This document shows positions 20,131 to 30,454 of a stretch of DNA of 64,000 nucleotides, piece by piece (within the stretch, counting starts at the first letter, position 1; every line of letters starts with the position of its first letter). The position numbers and the translations under genes are program-made. This stretch comes from an uncultured Fibrobacterota bacterium (GTDB lineage Bacteria > Fibrobacterota > Chitinivibrionia > Chitinivibrionales > FEN-1185): NCBI GenBank assembly GCA_963729895.1, contig CAVSQB010000027.1:40761-104760 (forward strand). Direction: 5' to 3'. The notes under the pieces are model-generated. The model was not told where the DNA came from. It saw only the letters and a program-made list of their open reading frames with translations, and ran no database searches.

Positions 20131-22662
20131 ATGAAACCAAATTCCACGATTGCAGCGACGTGCCTTCTGCTTTCCGCTCTGGCGTTCCGCGCGCCCGGCG
20201 TCACCTACAATTTCGTGTATATCAATTTCTTTACCCAGGACGTGGTGGAAAGCGGCCCCAACGCCGTTTTCAATTACTTCCCCTTCAAATTTGCCGACGA
20301 AAAAGCGGCCATCGCCGGCGTGTATCTCAATTACATCAGGAACAATGAGCCGCTCGCAACCGTTCCCATGACCAGAACGGGGGACCATTTTACCGCGACC
20401 GTGTCCGCGCCGGGTGCGGCCGCAGCGGTCGATTTCTACTATACGCTCGTATGCGCGCCGCTTACCGGAACAGGAACCTTCTCCGATGATACGAAATGGT
20501 TCACCAAGGTGATGGGAATCCAGTTCGACCCTGCGCCGGCTTTCCCGCTCATAGTTCAGTCGAGCGGGCGCCTGCGCACCGCCCACGAAAACGAATACTG
20601 GTCGGATCTGTTCCCCGGCGCAGACTATCCGAATACCGTGTACACCCTTACCTTCAAGGACTACGGCGACAGCATAGAGTTCGCCGTTTTCCCCTGCATC
20701 AACAGCAGCAGCCTGGAGCTTCTTGCATTCAACCACAGTGTGGTGGATTCCGTGTGCAAACGCGCGGAGTTCGCCCTTAACATGGGAAGCTCCACCAATT
20801 TCCTCGTTGAGCGGCACACGGGCCCGACGCCCAAATTCCCCCAGGGATCGCCATACGGAGCCGCGACCCCGTGGTACACCGCAACGGTCTCCGCAGTTGC
20901 CTCAGGGGAGCTCGTGGACTTCGAGCTTTTGGTGACCGATGCTGCGGGAACGAACACCTATCCCTCGGTGGTGTACCGGTACTACGTGGGCAGCGGGAAG
21001 CTGGGGCAGGAATATCAGCATCCCTGGGCCAACGCCGCGGGAGACGCTTCCATCAGTTCCGTTACGCAACCCGCGTTCGGTTTTTCCCAGCATGTGGTGA
21101 ACGCCCTGCCCGGAAGATCGCAGGTCTTCCTGGCCGGCAAGGCGCTTTTTGACACCGACTGGAAGACTTCCTTTCTGCGCGCCGCAGCATCCGGGCCGGA
21201 TTGCAACGGGAATGCCGGCGTCCCGCTGCTTGACAAAAGCCCCTTTTTCGTTTCCGGGGCGCTCGGGCCCAAATACCTTCAGGAAAGCTGCTTTGAATGC
21301 CACCACGAAGCCGGGCCGGGGCATCCGGCGGACAGCGCCGGCGACTCGCTCCAGGCGATCGTGTTTCTGGGAGTAAACGGGCCAAACGGGATTTCCCCTC
21401 ATCCTCTGTACGGCGACATGCTCCGTTGCAAGACCGCCGACGGCACCCCGCCCGACGGGAAGGTGCAGGTAACCTATACCAGCGTCGGTGGCGCGTTCAA
21501 CGACGGGACCACCTACACGTTGCGGAAACCCGTTGTCAATCTTGTCAATCTGTCGCAGGGACCCCTCGACAGCAACACGGTGTACTCCTACCGGGTGAGC
21601 CCTTTCCTGTGCGGCGCAGGCCTTCTTGAGGCCATTCCCGACGACACCATCATGAACCATGCAGCCCAGAACGGCCGGAACGGCGACGGCATTTCCGGCA
21701 TGCCGGCCATGGCCGTGGACCCCGTGGACGGCACGACCCGGATAGGCAGGTTCGGGTACAAGGCATCCATGCCGAGCCTCAAAGGGCAGATAGCCTATCT
21801 CGCCAACAGGTGCATCGGCCTTGCCAACCGATATTTCCCCGTTGACGGAAGCGGCGCTTCCGGCGTGGAGATTCCGGACTCCGGCCTGACGGCCCTGGTT
21901 TCCTTTGCCACGCTTCTTGCCCCGCCGCCGAGAAACAACTGGCGGGATTCCTCGGCGATTCGCGGCAAGGCGCTCTTTGAGAAATCCGGCTGTGCGGCGT
22001 GCCATGTTCCCGCGACCCGCACGGGAGGCGGTAACCTGTTTCCGGAACTTGACAACCTGGAAATCCAGCCGTTTACCGACCTCCTGCTGCACGACATGGG
22101 CCCCGACCTTGCCGACAAATACGGCCAGGGCAACGCCCTTGGATCGCAGTGGCGCACCGCCCCGTTGTGGGCGCTCGGGTTCGTTTCCGCGGCCGGCGGC
22201 AGGGAGAGCTATTTGCACGACGGCCGCGCCCGCAGTATTCTGGAGGCCATTTTGTGGCACGGCGGCGAGGCGCAGAAAGCGAAAAATGCGGTGCTCGGTT
22301 TCTCGGCGCAGCAACGGGACGACATTGTTTCATTCTGCACGTATCCGTTCGCCGACCGGCTGCCGACGGCGCTCCCGAACGCCGTGACGGTCCCCTTGTC
22401 CCGCCGGAACTTCCAACGGCAGGTTCTCCTGTGCCAACCGAACCCGGTGCGGGCGATGGCGCGGTTTGCCCTGCCCGCCGCCAGCCCTCCCGCTTCGTTC
22501 TCAATGTACAATATGAGAGGCCAATGCCTTTTGAGGCAGTCGATTGCGGCAGGAACCGATGAAGTCCTGTGGAACAGCAGCGGGTACAAGGCCGGAAAAT
22601 ATCTGGCGCAGTTCTGCGGGCAAGGGCGGACCTACTCCAGGACGATTGTGGTGATCCGCTAG
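20131..22662 (+). CDS. Secreted di-haem oxidoreductase (DUF1111-like) with long N-terminal extension
   Basis: CFECH and CAACH haem motifs. LGP.Y, GLLEAIP, GRFG.KA, TDLLLHDMG, WRTAPLW and YLHDGRAR...EAILWHGGEA. PNP...YN..G C-terminal sorting-like domain. Confidence 0.9.
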   Translation: MKPNSTIAATCLLLSALAFRAPGVTYNFVYINFFTQDVVESGPNAVFNYFPFKFADEKAAIAGVYLNYIRNNEPLATVPMTRTGDHFTATVSAPGAAAAVDFYYTLVCAPLTGTGTFSDDTKWFTKVMGIQFDPAPAFPLIVQSSGRLRTAHENEYWSDLFPGADYPNTVYTLTFKDYGDSIEFAVFPCINSSSLELLAFNHSVVDSVCKRAEFALNMGSSTNFLVERHTGPTPKFPQGSPYGAATPWYTATVSAVASGELVDFELLVTDAAGTNTYPSVVYRYYVGSGKLGQEYQHPWANAAGDASISSVTQPAFGFSQHVVNALPGRSQVFLAGKALFDTDWKTSFLRAAASGPDCNGNAGVPLLDKSPFFVSGALGPKYLQESCFECHHEAGPGHPADSAGDSLQAIVFLGVNGPNGISPHPLYGDMLRCKTADGTPPDGKVQVTYTSVGGAFNDGTTYTLRKPVVNLVNLSQGPLDSNTVYSYRVSPFLCGAGLLEAIPDDTIMNHAAQNGRNGDGISGMPAMAVDPVDGTTRIGRFGYKASMPSLKGQIAYLANRCIGLANRYFPVDGSGASGVEIPDSGLTALVSFATLLAPPPRNNWRDSSAIRGKALFEKSGCAACHVPATRTGGGNLFPELDNLEIQPFTDLLLHDMGPDLADKYGQGNALGSQWRTAPLWALGFVSAAGGRESYLHDGRARSILEAILWHGGEAQKAKNAVLGFSAQQRDDIVSFCTYPFADRLPTALPNAVTVPLSRRNFQRQVLLCQPNPVRAMARFALPAASPPASFSMYNMRGQCLLRQSIAAGTDEVLWNSSGYKAGKYLAQFCGQGRTYSRTIVVIR

Positions 22663-22840
22663 AATGCCGGTCGAATGGGTTCGCCGTTCCCGCCGCGACA
22701 CGATGCGCGTTGATTCTTCGCGTTGCATAAGTTGTGGGCAAAAACCCAAGGGAAAAGGTATAATTAGCGTATGTTGATGTTTTCCGAGGTTGACGCATAA
22801 TCTTCCAGAGTCCGGCGGCCCTGCCGGATCGAAACGGTCC

Positions 22841-24700
22841 ATGGATAATCCGGACGACAAGATAATCGTGCGAAACGTCGCGCTTTCCGCCACGCCTTCC
22901 CCCGTTGCGTTGCCGGACGGTAAAGAACAGATACCGCTCGGCTCGGGCATCATCACAAAGCTCCTGGGCCAGGGCGGCATGGCGGCGGTGTACGAAATCT
23001 GGAACTCCCAGCTCGAAATGTTCCGCGCTGTCAAGCTGATCAACCCGGGCTCCACCGAAGCGGTGAGGCAGCGCTTTCAGACCGAAATCAAGATCAGCGC
23101 GAAGCTTTCCCATCCCAACATCGTGGAAATCCACGGCGTGGGAGAGTGGAACGGCCTGCCCTTCATCGAAATGGAAAAGATCAACGGCATAGGACTGGAC
23201 GCGCTCATTGCGGAACGGGGAGCGCTGCCGCCCGTGGTGTGCACGGCCATCGGCATCATGATCTGCCGCGCGCTCAATTACGCGCACAACCAGGACTGTT
23301 CGATTTACGGAAAGAACTATCACGGCGTCATTCACCGGGACCTCAAGCCGGCCAATATCATGATCTGCGCAAGCGGTATCGTCAAGCTGATGGACTTCGG
23401 CATCGCGCGTCCCGCAGACGTATCGTTTCACACCATGGACGGCCTTGTTGCGGGAACCCTTCAATACCTTGCCCCCGAGCAGCTGGAGAAAAAGAAACTC
23501 GACGTGACCACCGACCTCTATGCGCTCGGCGTTACCATGTACGAAATCGTCACGGGCATCGTCGCGTTTCCGCAGACGAGCTTTCCCAAGCTCATTGCGG
23601 ACAAGTCGAAAAACAAGTTCAAGCCCCTGGAGGAATTCCACATCAAACTGCCGCCCAGGCTGAGGCGGATAATTTACAAATGCATGGAACAGTCGCAGGA
23701 TAGGCGCGTGCACTCCGCCGCCGCATTGCTCGACGAACTCCACAAGATCCACGCGCTCCTCACCAACAAGAGCCCGGAACAGATCATGGCCGCGTTCACG
23801 GCATCGGGCAAAGGTAAAAGGACCGTGCTGGCCCTGCGGCGGCGTTTCCCATGGAAACTGTGCGCACTCGTCTGCGGCGCAGCCGCGCTCGGTGCAGCCG
23901 CGTACCTGCACGGGCGGCCGGCACTCTCGCGCATTTTGCATCCGGAGGCTCCGTCCGTTGCGGCGCCCGTGGCCGCCCAGGCCGCGCAATCTCCTGCGCC
24001 GGCCGCTTCCGCTCCCGAGGCGGAAGCAGCGGCGCGACCCGCGGCCCAAACTGCGGCAGTCTCGAATGTCACCCGACCAAAGGGACAGCCCCCCGCCAGG
24101 GCTTCGGCGCCGGCCTCCGGACAGGCGGCGGTGCGGGAGACTCCCCGGCCCGAATTCCTTCTTGCCGCCCTCTCGCAAAAATACGGCACCGACGATGGGC
24201 TTGCCATTATGGAAAAAGAACTCGCGGCGAAAAACTACCAGAATGTGCTCGGCCTGTACGACGCGCTTCCGCCGGATCTGGCTCGCACGCCCAAGGCCCT
24301 CATGCTCAAAATGAGGGTGTTTGTAAACACCGGGAGCCTTGGCCGTCTCGCGCAATTCCTTGAAAGCAACAGCGTCAACGACGGAGAATTCGTTCTCGAA
24401 AAAGCCAAGTTCGCTTTCCGCGACAAGAACTACGGGGAATGCGAACGTCTCCTTGCGCACTGCCTCGGGCTTCCGCACGCATTTATGGATTACGACGTTC
24501 TCAAGCAGGAAGCGTACTACTACACCGCCCTCTGCGCCTCGGCCCGGTTCGACGCCGGCCCCACCGACCAGACCTACAAGGACGCGCTTGACGCATGGTG
24601 GCAGGTAAAAAACGCGCTCCGTTCGGACCCGGACCACGACTACTACAAGAAGGCGGCGTCGGAGCTGCAACGCATGGCGAAGAAGATGCAGAAGGGGTAG
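22841..24700 (+). CDS. Membrane-anchored Hanks-type Ser/Thr protein kinase
   Basis: LGQGGMA.VY, AVKL, HRDLKPAN, DFG and APE motifs. TM helix, Ala/Pro linker and helical TPR-like C-terminus. Confidence 0.93.
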   Translation: MDNPDDKIIVRNVALSATPSPVALPDGKEQIPLGSGIITKLLGQGGMAAVYEIWNSQLEMFRAVKLINPGSTEAVRQRFQTEIKISAKLSHPNIVEIHGVGEWNGLPFIEMEKINGIGLDALIAERGALPPVVCTAIGIMICRALNYAHNQDCSIYGKNYHGVIHRDLKPANIMICASGIVKLMDFGIARPADVSFHTMDGLVAGTLQYLAPEQLEKKKLDVTTDLYALGVTMYEIVTGIVAFPQTSFPKLIADKSKNKFKPLEEFHIKLPPRLRRIIYKCMEQSQDRRVHSAAALLDELHKIHALLTNKSPEQIMAAFTASGKGKRTVLALRRRFPWKLCALVCGAAALGAAAYLHGRPALSRILHPEAPSVAAPVAAQAAQSPAPAASAPEAEAAARPAAQTAAVSNVTRPKGQPPARASAPASGQAAVRETPRPEFLLAALSQKYGTDDGLAIMEKELAAKNYQNVLGLYDALPPDLARTPKALMLKMRVFVNTGSLGRLAQFLESNSVNDGEFVLEKAKFAFRDKNYGECERLLAHCLGLPHAFMDYDVLKQEAYYYTALCASARFDAGPTDQTYKDALDAWWQVKNALRSDPDHDYYKKAASELQRMAKKMQKG

Positions 24701-24820
24701 GCGCGGGCCCGCAACAAATTCATGGCATTTTTCGGCGCATTTGGTACATTTAGCAGTAGGAAGCGCCCTGTCCCATCCTGTCGGCATGGCCGGGTCGGCC
24801 CCTCTACAAGGAGCAGCAGC

Positions 24821-26104
24821 ATGAAAAAGCGATTGTGCGCAATCGCCTGTCTTGTCCTGTCAACTGCGTGTTTGATGACGGCGTGTTTCAATTCCGGCGA
24901 AAACGCCTCGGAGACGAACCTCGGCCCGGCAGCACCCGAAGGCCCCGGGAAGTCCGGCAACCCGCCCGCCGGCACACTCGTCAAGACCGCACTCGACGCG
25001 ACATCCGACGGCGGAACCTTGACCTTTCAGAACATCGGCGCGGCGGGCTGGTTTCCCAGCCGCAGGGACCCGGCTGTGGGCCCGTGCGACGCCGAGAGCA
25101 GCGGCACCTGCTGCATGGCAAAGTACGTGATCACGAGCGACAGCCTTACGCCGTGGGACGAAGACCTCATCATGACGCTGCGCGGCCCCATGATCGTAAA
25201 GCAGATCGCGGCATACCAGCCCGATTCCGCGAACGTGAGCGTGTGGAACCTCGCGTCGATGTGGGACGGCGCCAGCCCCACGGTGATGACCGGGATCGCC
25301 TTTAAGGGCAACAACACCGAAACCGCCGGCTTCCAGGGCATCGTGGGCAATACCTGCCTCGTCAACGTCTCGACAAACAGGAAATTCGCAACGGGCGCGG
25401 GAAGCATGCCCTATTGCCCTCCGACAAGCGACACCCAGTACTGGGGATGGATCGGATCGAAGATGATCATCATCCAGGCATTCATGCCCCGCCTGGCAAC
25501 CGGCGCCATCGACACCACCAAGAACTGCGGCAACGATCCGACCAACAACTGGTACGACGCGCCGTGGATCGGGCTTTCCCACGGCGAAATGGTGCGGTCG
25601 GGCGCTTTCGGTTCGTGCCAGTGCTACGCGAAAGACCCGGCGGAGTGGTACCTCGCCGACGGCTGCGGCCAGTTCAATGCGTTCGAGGTTGTCAACGACA
25701 ACGACGCAAGCCAGAACTTCGACGTGTTCTCCACAAACTTCTTCGGGTACGCCGGATACATCGGTCAAGGGCCGTGCGGCGGCGCCTGCAACGTGAAGGG
25801 CCTTGACCCGAAAATCGACCTCATCGTAAAGCAGACCAACGTGGAGGCGACCGGCGGCGCCATCTGCACTCCCACGAACGCCCCGAGCGTCGCCTTCCGC
25901 AGGCCCGAAACCGGCTACCGGTTCTTTGTGATCCTGCTCGACGTGAAGACGCGCCAGGTCCAGCTCGCGCTGATCCATCCGGCGAACGTCCCGGCGACGG
26001 TGGCTTCCCTGCTGCCCGGCCTTCCCGCCCAGGTTTCGCGCGCGACAATCGACAATGTCCTTGCGCTGCGGCTGCCGGGGCCGAATTCCGCGGTGATCCG
26101 GTAA
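24821..26104 (+). CDS. Tos1/YJL171C-like (DUF2403/DUF2401) lipoprotein
   Basis: Lipobox LMTAC. L.P.DE.L...LRGP..VKQ.A.Y, FMP, DAPWI, CQCY and GCGQFNAFEV segments. Confidence 0.7.
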   Translation: MKKRLCAIACLVLSTACLMTACFNSGENASETNLGPAAPEGPGKSGNPPAGTLVKTALDATSDGGTLTFQNIGAAGWFPSRRDPAVGPCDAESSGTCCMAKYVITSDSLTPWDEDLIMTLRGPMIVKQIAAYQPDSANVSVWNLASMWDGASPTVMTGIAFKGNNTETAGFQGIVGNTCLVNVSTNRKFATGAGSMPYCPPTSDTQYWGWIGSKMIIIQAFMPRLATGAIDTTKNCGNDPTNNWYDAPWIGLSHGEMVRSGAFGSCQCYAKDPAEWYLADGCGQFNAFEVVNDNDASQNFDVFSTNFFGYAGYIGQGPCGGACNVKGLDPKIDLIVKQTNVEATGGAICTPTNAPSVAFRRPETGYRFFVILLDVKTRQVQLALIHPANVPATVASLLPGLPAQVSRATIDNVLALRLPGPNSAVIR

Positions 26105-26178
26105 CGGGTTTGTGCGCATGGCAGCGCGTCGGCGCCTCGAACGCCCTGCCATACGTGCAAACTTCCCGGGCATTTTGC

Positions 26179-26207
26179 TTGACATAATTCAAGGTATCTG
26201 CTATTTT
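26179..26207 (+). promoter_or_regulatory. Candidate sigma70 promoter
   Basis: TTGACA-17 nt-TATTTT upstream of 26266. Confidence 0.55.
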
Positions 26208-26265
26208 GAATTCCGTTGCTTCTTGACGTTCTCGAAACGCTTTCTCTTTCCGAAAGGACCTTTTC

Positions 26266-26757
26266 ATGCCCAATCTCTCCCAGATTCTCAAAGCCGAAAT
26301 AGCAAGAATAAGCCGCAGGGAAACCAATGCCTCGGTGAAGCCGCTCCGAAGCGCCAGCTTTGTTCTCAAAAGGAATGTTGCCGCGCTCAAGAAAAGAATG
26401 GCGGTGCTCGAATCCGGGAACAAGCGCCTTATCGCCTTGCAGCATGAGCTTCAGGAGAAGAAGAGCGAGGCCCGCGTCGCGGACGCGAAGGACAACAAGG
26501 TGCGTGTCTCGTCAAGATCGGTGAAGGCGCTCCGGAGCAAGCTCGGGCTTTCGCAGGATTCGCTTGCCGCGCTGCTCGGCGTGTCCGGCCAGGCAGTGTA
26601 CGTAATGGAACGCAAAGGCGGCAGGCTCAGGCTTCGCACTCCCACCATGGCGCGCCTTCTTGCCTTGCGCGGTATCGGCAAGCGTGAGGCGGCCCGCAGG
26701 CTCGAGGAAATCGAGGCCGCGAGCAAGAAGCCCGCGAAAACAGCCCGGAAGAAATAA
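26266..26757 (+). CDS. Coiled-coil plus XRE helix-turn-helix protein
   Basis: MPNL...LK.EI.RISRRE start and LR.KLGLSQ...A.LLGVS HTH. Confidence 0.85.
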   Translation: MPNLSQILKAEIARISRRETNASVKPLRSASFVLKRNVAALKKRMAVLESGNKRLIALQHELQEKKSEARVADAKDNKVRVSSRSVKALRSKLGLSQDSLAALLGVSGQAVYVMERKGGRLRLRTPTMARLLALRGIGKREAARRLEEIEAASKKPAKTARKK

Positions 26758-26774
26758 AAGGCAGCAGGCAGGAA

Positions 26775-27270
26775 CATGCGCTGAGGGTGTGCTGCGAATA
26801 TCAAGATAATATTCTTGTGTGCTAAGCGTGTGCGGCGTGGGTGTACCCGTTGCAACCCCGAATCCTCTGTTGCGCGCACACTAGAAGCACCCGGTTAACA
26901 AAATGCAATACCAAATACTTTGGTCTTCCGGCTGCGGCTACGCCACTGAGTGGAAAACCTAAAATACCTTCGCGTTTTTGTTTCTTGGGTTAGGCACGAC
27001 CGTAAGGTGTGCAGAAGCACAGTGCCGGTCGGCCCCGCCGAAGGCATAGGGGCGATCCGGCACCGAGGCTGACCAGCCGACGACCCTTGGAAGCACCCGA
27101 AGGGGTGGCCCGGAGGGAGGGCCGACCCGAGCGTAGCAAGGGAAACGCCCGCTTCTTACTCTTGATTTCTGGGTGCCCCACAGCCCAAAATCTGATTCTT
27201 GCAAATAAACTTACTTGGGGGTCACCCGGCACTGCTATCCAAATGTATTTGATTATCGATTTAATCCGGT
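26775..27270. repeat. Modular intergenic element L2 (core inverted)
   Basis: Left-arm repeats at 26779 and 26820. Core in reverse complement at about 26985-27152. Right arm from 27170. Confidence 0.85.
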
Positions 27271-27508
27271 CGTCAAGTGTCCCGTGCGAGCCGCGGGATG
27301 CGTCGAGACAACCACTGGCTGGGGGCACACAAAACCACCCGGTAAGAAGTTAAAATCATCACTTATGCTTTACAGATAAGTGATGTTAGAGGTCTTCTTG
27401 TCGTCTTCAGTTGTCATGCTTCCATCTGAATTACCTGTCAATCGCGCCGATCCCACATTTTATATCACTACAGAGCGCGCACCCAGGAAGAGCAGTAGTT
27501 GATTGATC

Positions 27509-27892
27509 CTACTTCTTCATCGCAGCCCCTCCAGCCTCAGCCGCAGACCTCGCGACAAACGATCCATTCATTGCCAATGAATGCGGCAGATTGGATTGAT
27601 ACCGATATGTCCCGGCGGTCTTCACGACATAATCGAATTGATCGCCTGAAAAATTTGAAAAACCCGCCGCCCCGGCAGGAACGGAAATGAAAGAAAGCGG
27701 ATGCTCGTTAAAGTCGCCGCGCCAGGAAACGGTATCTCCCACGTTGACGGAGATTTGTGACGGGCTGTACACGGGTTTGAAGTTGCCGCCAAAATAGATG
27801 ATATGGGTTGCGGCACTGGCGTTAGAAACAAGTGCGAGACCGAAAATTGCCGGTAACAGCCAACGAACAGCCTTTGCTCGCAGAACAGACAT
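27509..27892 (-). CDS. Secreted plastocyanin-like cupredoxin-fold protein
   Basis: Signal peptide, YSP..I.V.VGDTV.W, HPL and GTY.Y...PH...M.G. GGAGG RBS. Confidence 0.8.
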   Translation of the reverse strand: MSVLRAKAVRWLLPAIFGLALVSNASAATHIIYFGGNFKPVYSPSQISVNVGDTVSWRGDFNEHPLSFISVPAGAAGFSNFSGDQFDYVVKTAGTYRYQSNLPHSLAMNGSFVARSAAEAGGAAMKK

Positions 27893-28023
27893 ACGCCCTC
27901 CTTTGTTATGCCCAGAACCTCATCTGTGAAAGAACGGCCGCGATTTGCAAGCGGATTTTTCGGTCACACGAGCGTCGCGTCCAGTTCTTCTATTGACAAG
28001 ATCCTTGTATATGGTTAGTACGA

Positions 28024-28039
28024 TGCAAAGCACATACCA
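28024..28039 (-). promoter_or_regulatory. Candidate sigma54 -24/-12 promoter
   Basis: Minus strand reads TGGTAT-GTGCT-TTGCA, about 130 nt upstream of the cupredoxin gene. Confidence 0.6.
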
Positions 28040-28155
28040 GCTCTTTTCGCAGGGGAATGCGAGTGGAAGAAAACGAGTTTCGACACATTTCTGTATTTTG
28101 AGGGTTTGAAAGTACAAAGTTGTACGGTTGATGGAATAAGGAAAAAGTGTCCTCT

Positions 28156-29724
28156 TCACTGCGAGCAAAAACGATTCGGGTCTATGGAATATGACTTTAC
28201 CCGGATTCCCATCGTTCGTTCGGTGATACCAAGAGAGCGCGCCGCTCCCGCCATATTGCCATTACTTGATTTCAAAGCATCAACGATCATTTCATTTTCC
28301 AATGCCTCCAGGGCGGCCGGCAGTTTACCTTTGGGTGGCGTATTGCTCGATTCCGCCGTCTGAAGGCTCGGTGGCAATTGATGGCTGTGGATCACCCCGT
28401 CGGTAGATAAGATCACAGCGCGTTCAATGCAGTTTTGCAGCTCACGGACGTTGCCCGGCCAATGATACCGTATGAGCATGTCGATTGCCGGAGTGGAGAT
28501 ACGTTTTATATCCTTTCCCATTTTCCTTGAAATGGCTGCTGCAAAATAGTCGGCCAATAGCGTTATGTCGGTGCGCCGTTCCCTCAGAGGAGGTACAAAA
28601 ATCGGAAAAACATTGAGCCGAAAATACAAATCCTCACGAAATGCGCCTTGCCGGACCAACGCTTCCAGATCGCGGTTGGTGGCTGCGATCACCCGGGCGT
28701 CGACGGATTGGGTCACATTGCTGCCCAGACGTTCGAACTGCCGTTCCTGCAACAGGCGAAGGATCTTGATTTGGGTTGACAATGGCAGGTCGCCGATTTC
28801 GTCGAGGAAGATCGTTCCCCCCTGCGCAGCCTCAAAACGCCCGTGACGCAGGCTGGTGGCCCCGGTAAACGCCCCGCGCTCATGCCCGAACAGTTCGCTT
28901 TCGACTATGGTTTCCGGGATTGCGGCCAAACTGAATTTTACGAAAGGCCCTTTGGCGCGATTGCCGTTGACATGCAGGGACTCGGCGACGAGTTCCTTGC
29001 CGACGCCGCTTTCGCCCCGGATGAGCACGGTTGTGTCGGTGTTTGCCACCTGATGGATGAGCTGATGGACCTGGAGGATCGCATGGGATGAGCCGATAAT
29101 CTTGCTGCTGCTCATCCGGTTGGTTATTTCACCGTGCAGACGTTCATTTTCGTCGGCCAAAACGCGCACCTGTTCAAGGGCGTCGCGTCGCATGGCCACT
29201 GCCTGAGAGATGAGCGAAGCGACCAGCGAGAGTAATCGCATGTCGTCCGACAATGAGACGTCTACCCGAAACTCGCGGTCGGCCGACAGCGCACCGATCA
29301 CTTCATGAGTAATCCGGATCGGCACGCAGACAAATGACAATTCTTTACGGAGGTCTTTTATTTCCCGCCTTCGAGTCTGTGTTCTGTCCAGGAATCGAGG
29401 GTCCTCCGACACCTTTCGTACAATTGCGGGTTCCCCGGTTGCAACCACCCCGCCCGTGATTCCTTCGCCCAGCCGATAGCGTCCCCGCTTTAGCTCCTTG
29501 TTTGAAAGACCGCTGGCGATCTCAATATGAATTGACTTGCTTTCACGGTTCAAAATTGTCACCGTTGCGCGGATGAGCCCCATGTAGTGAGCCATCCGCT
29601 CCAATACAGGCTTCAGCGCAGCGCTGAGGTCGAGATTACGGTTCAATGCCTGCGAAATCTCAAAAAGCAAACGAAGCTCGCTTACCTCCGACTGCGTTCC
29701 AGCGGATGACGATTTTTGCGGCAT
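28156..29724 (-). CDS. NifA-like GAF-AAA+-HTH sigma54 activator
   Basis: GEGITG.V GAF, GESGVGKE, ESELFGHERGAFTGA, FLDEIG, WPGNVREL and Fis-type HTH. Confidence 0.93.
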   Translation of the reverse strand: MPQKSSSAGTQSEVSELRLLFEISQALNRNLDLSAALKPVLERMAHYMGLIRATVTILNRESKSIHIEIASGLSNKELKRGRYRLGEGITGGVVATGEPAIVRKVSEDPRFLDRTQTRRREIKDLRKELSFVCVPIRITHEVIGALSADREFRVDVSLSDDMRLLSLVASLISQAVAMRRDALEQVRVLADENERLHGEITNRMSSSKIIGSSHAILQVHQLIHQVANTDTTVLIRGESGVGKELVAESLHVNGNRAKGPFVKFSLAAIPETIVESELFGHERGAFTGATSLRHGRFEAAQGGTIFLDEIGDLPLSTQIKILRLLQERQFERLGSNVTQSVDARVIAATNRDLEALVRQGAFREDLYFRLNVFPIFVPPLRERRTDITLLADYFAAAISRKMGKDIKRISTPAIDMLIRYHWPGNVRELQNCIERAVILSTDGVIHSHQLPPSLQTAESSNTPPKGKLPAALEALENEMIVDALKSSNGNMAGAARSLGITERTMGIRVKSYSIDPNRFCSQ

Positions 29725-30089
29725 GTGCGCTCCCACGTCTATTGCGAAATTCTTTCGAAGCATGAACAGGACGAGTCTGTTCCGACACGCCTACCTCTAT
29801 TACGCAATTTTCATACCGTGCTCTCTACGCCATCCTTGCTGACAGTTTCAAACAATAATGTGCTCTTGCCGGGATCCCGGTTCTTTTCTGTACCATTTTT
29901 GTGCCGGCGTGTTTTCAAAAAATTATTCCCGGGTTCAGAAATCATACCTTTTGGTAGGATTCCCAGGCGCCAACCTACGGACAGGTAGGAATGATTGCCT
30001 TTCCGCTGGGCTTATTTGTAAATTAGCATGGAAAGCAACTCGCTCTTTGATAAAGCATTACCATGTTTTGAAAATGAACTTTTACCGCG

Positions 30090-30105
30090 TGGCACAGCCA
30101 TTGCA
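30090..30105 (+). promoter_or_regulatory. sigma54 -24/-12 promoter
   Basis: TGGCAC-AGCCA-TTGCA consensus match, divergent from the activator gene. Confidence 0.8.
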
Positions 30106-30178
30106 ATTATAACGGCAGTCGAAGCAGGGATCTGGTTCGTGTAGGTTTTGTTTTCAACGCAGCACATGGATAGGTACC

Positions 30179-30454
30179 ATGCAGGAATTTACCAGGAGCC
30201 TTGACGAAGTTCTTGCGACCTTCGAGCGAAACATCATCGAACAGACACTGAAAGATACCCATGGAAACCAGAGAAAAGCCGCCATTCTTTTGGGAATCAC
30301 CAGGCGCAAAATCCAATATAAGATCGCCAAGCACGGAATTGATTTTAGGGCCATAAAGAATGATTATCGTGCGGATGAGCATTTCACACAGGCATGGGAT
30401 CACTTTTCGCGTTTGAAAAACCGCCATAAAAGCGGGAATTTTTTGTTGCCGTAA
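30179..30454 (+). CDS. Stand-alone Fis-type HTH protein
   Basis: FERNII...L....GNQ.KAA..LGITRR...YKI.K motif. Confidence 0.75.
   Translation: MQEFTRSLDEVLATFERNIIEQTLKDTHGNQRKAAILLGITRRKIQYKIAKHGIDFRAIKNDYRADEHFTQAWDHFSRLKNRHKSGNFLLP

Noticed and set aside
22073..24787. 904-aa minus-strand ORF
   Set aside because: Antisense to the kinase gene. A GC-rich shadow frame.
28156..29724. Calling the activator nifA / nitrogen fixation
   Set aside because: No nif genes in the window and no clear TGT-N10-ACA site near the promoter.
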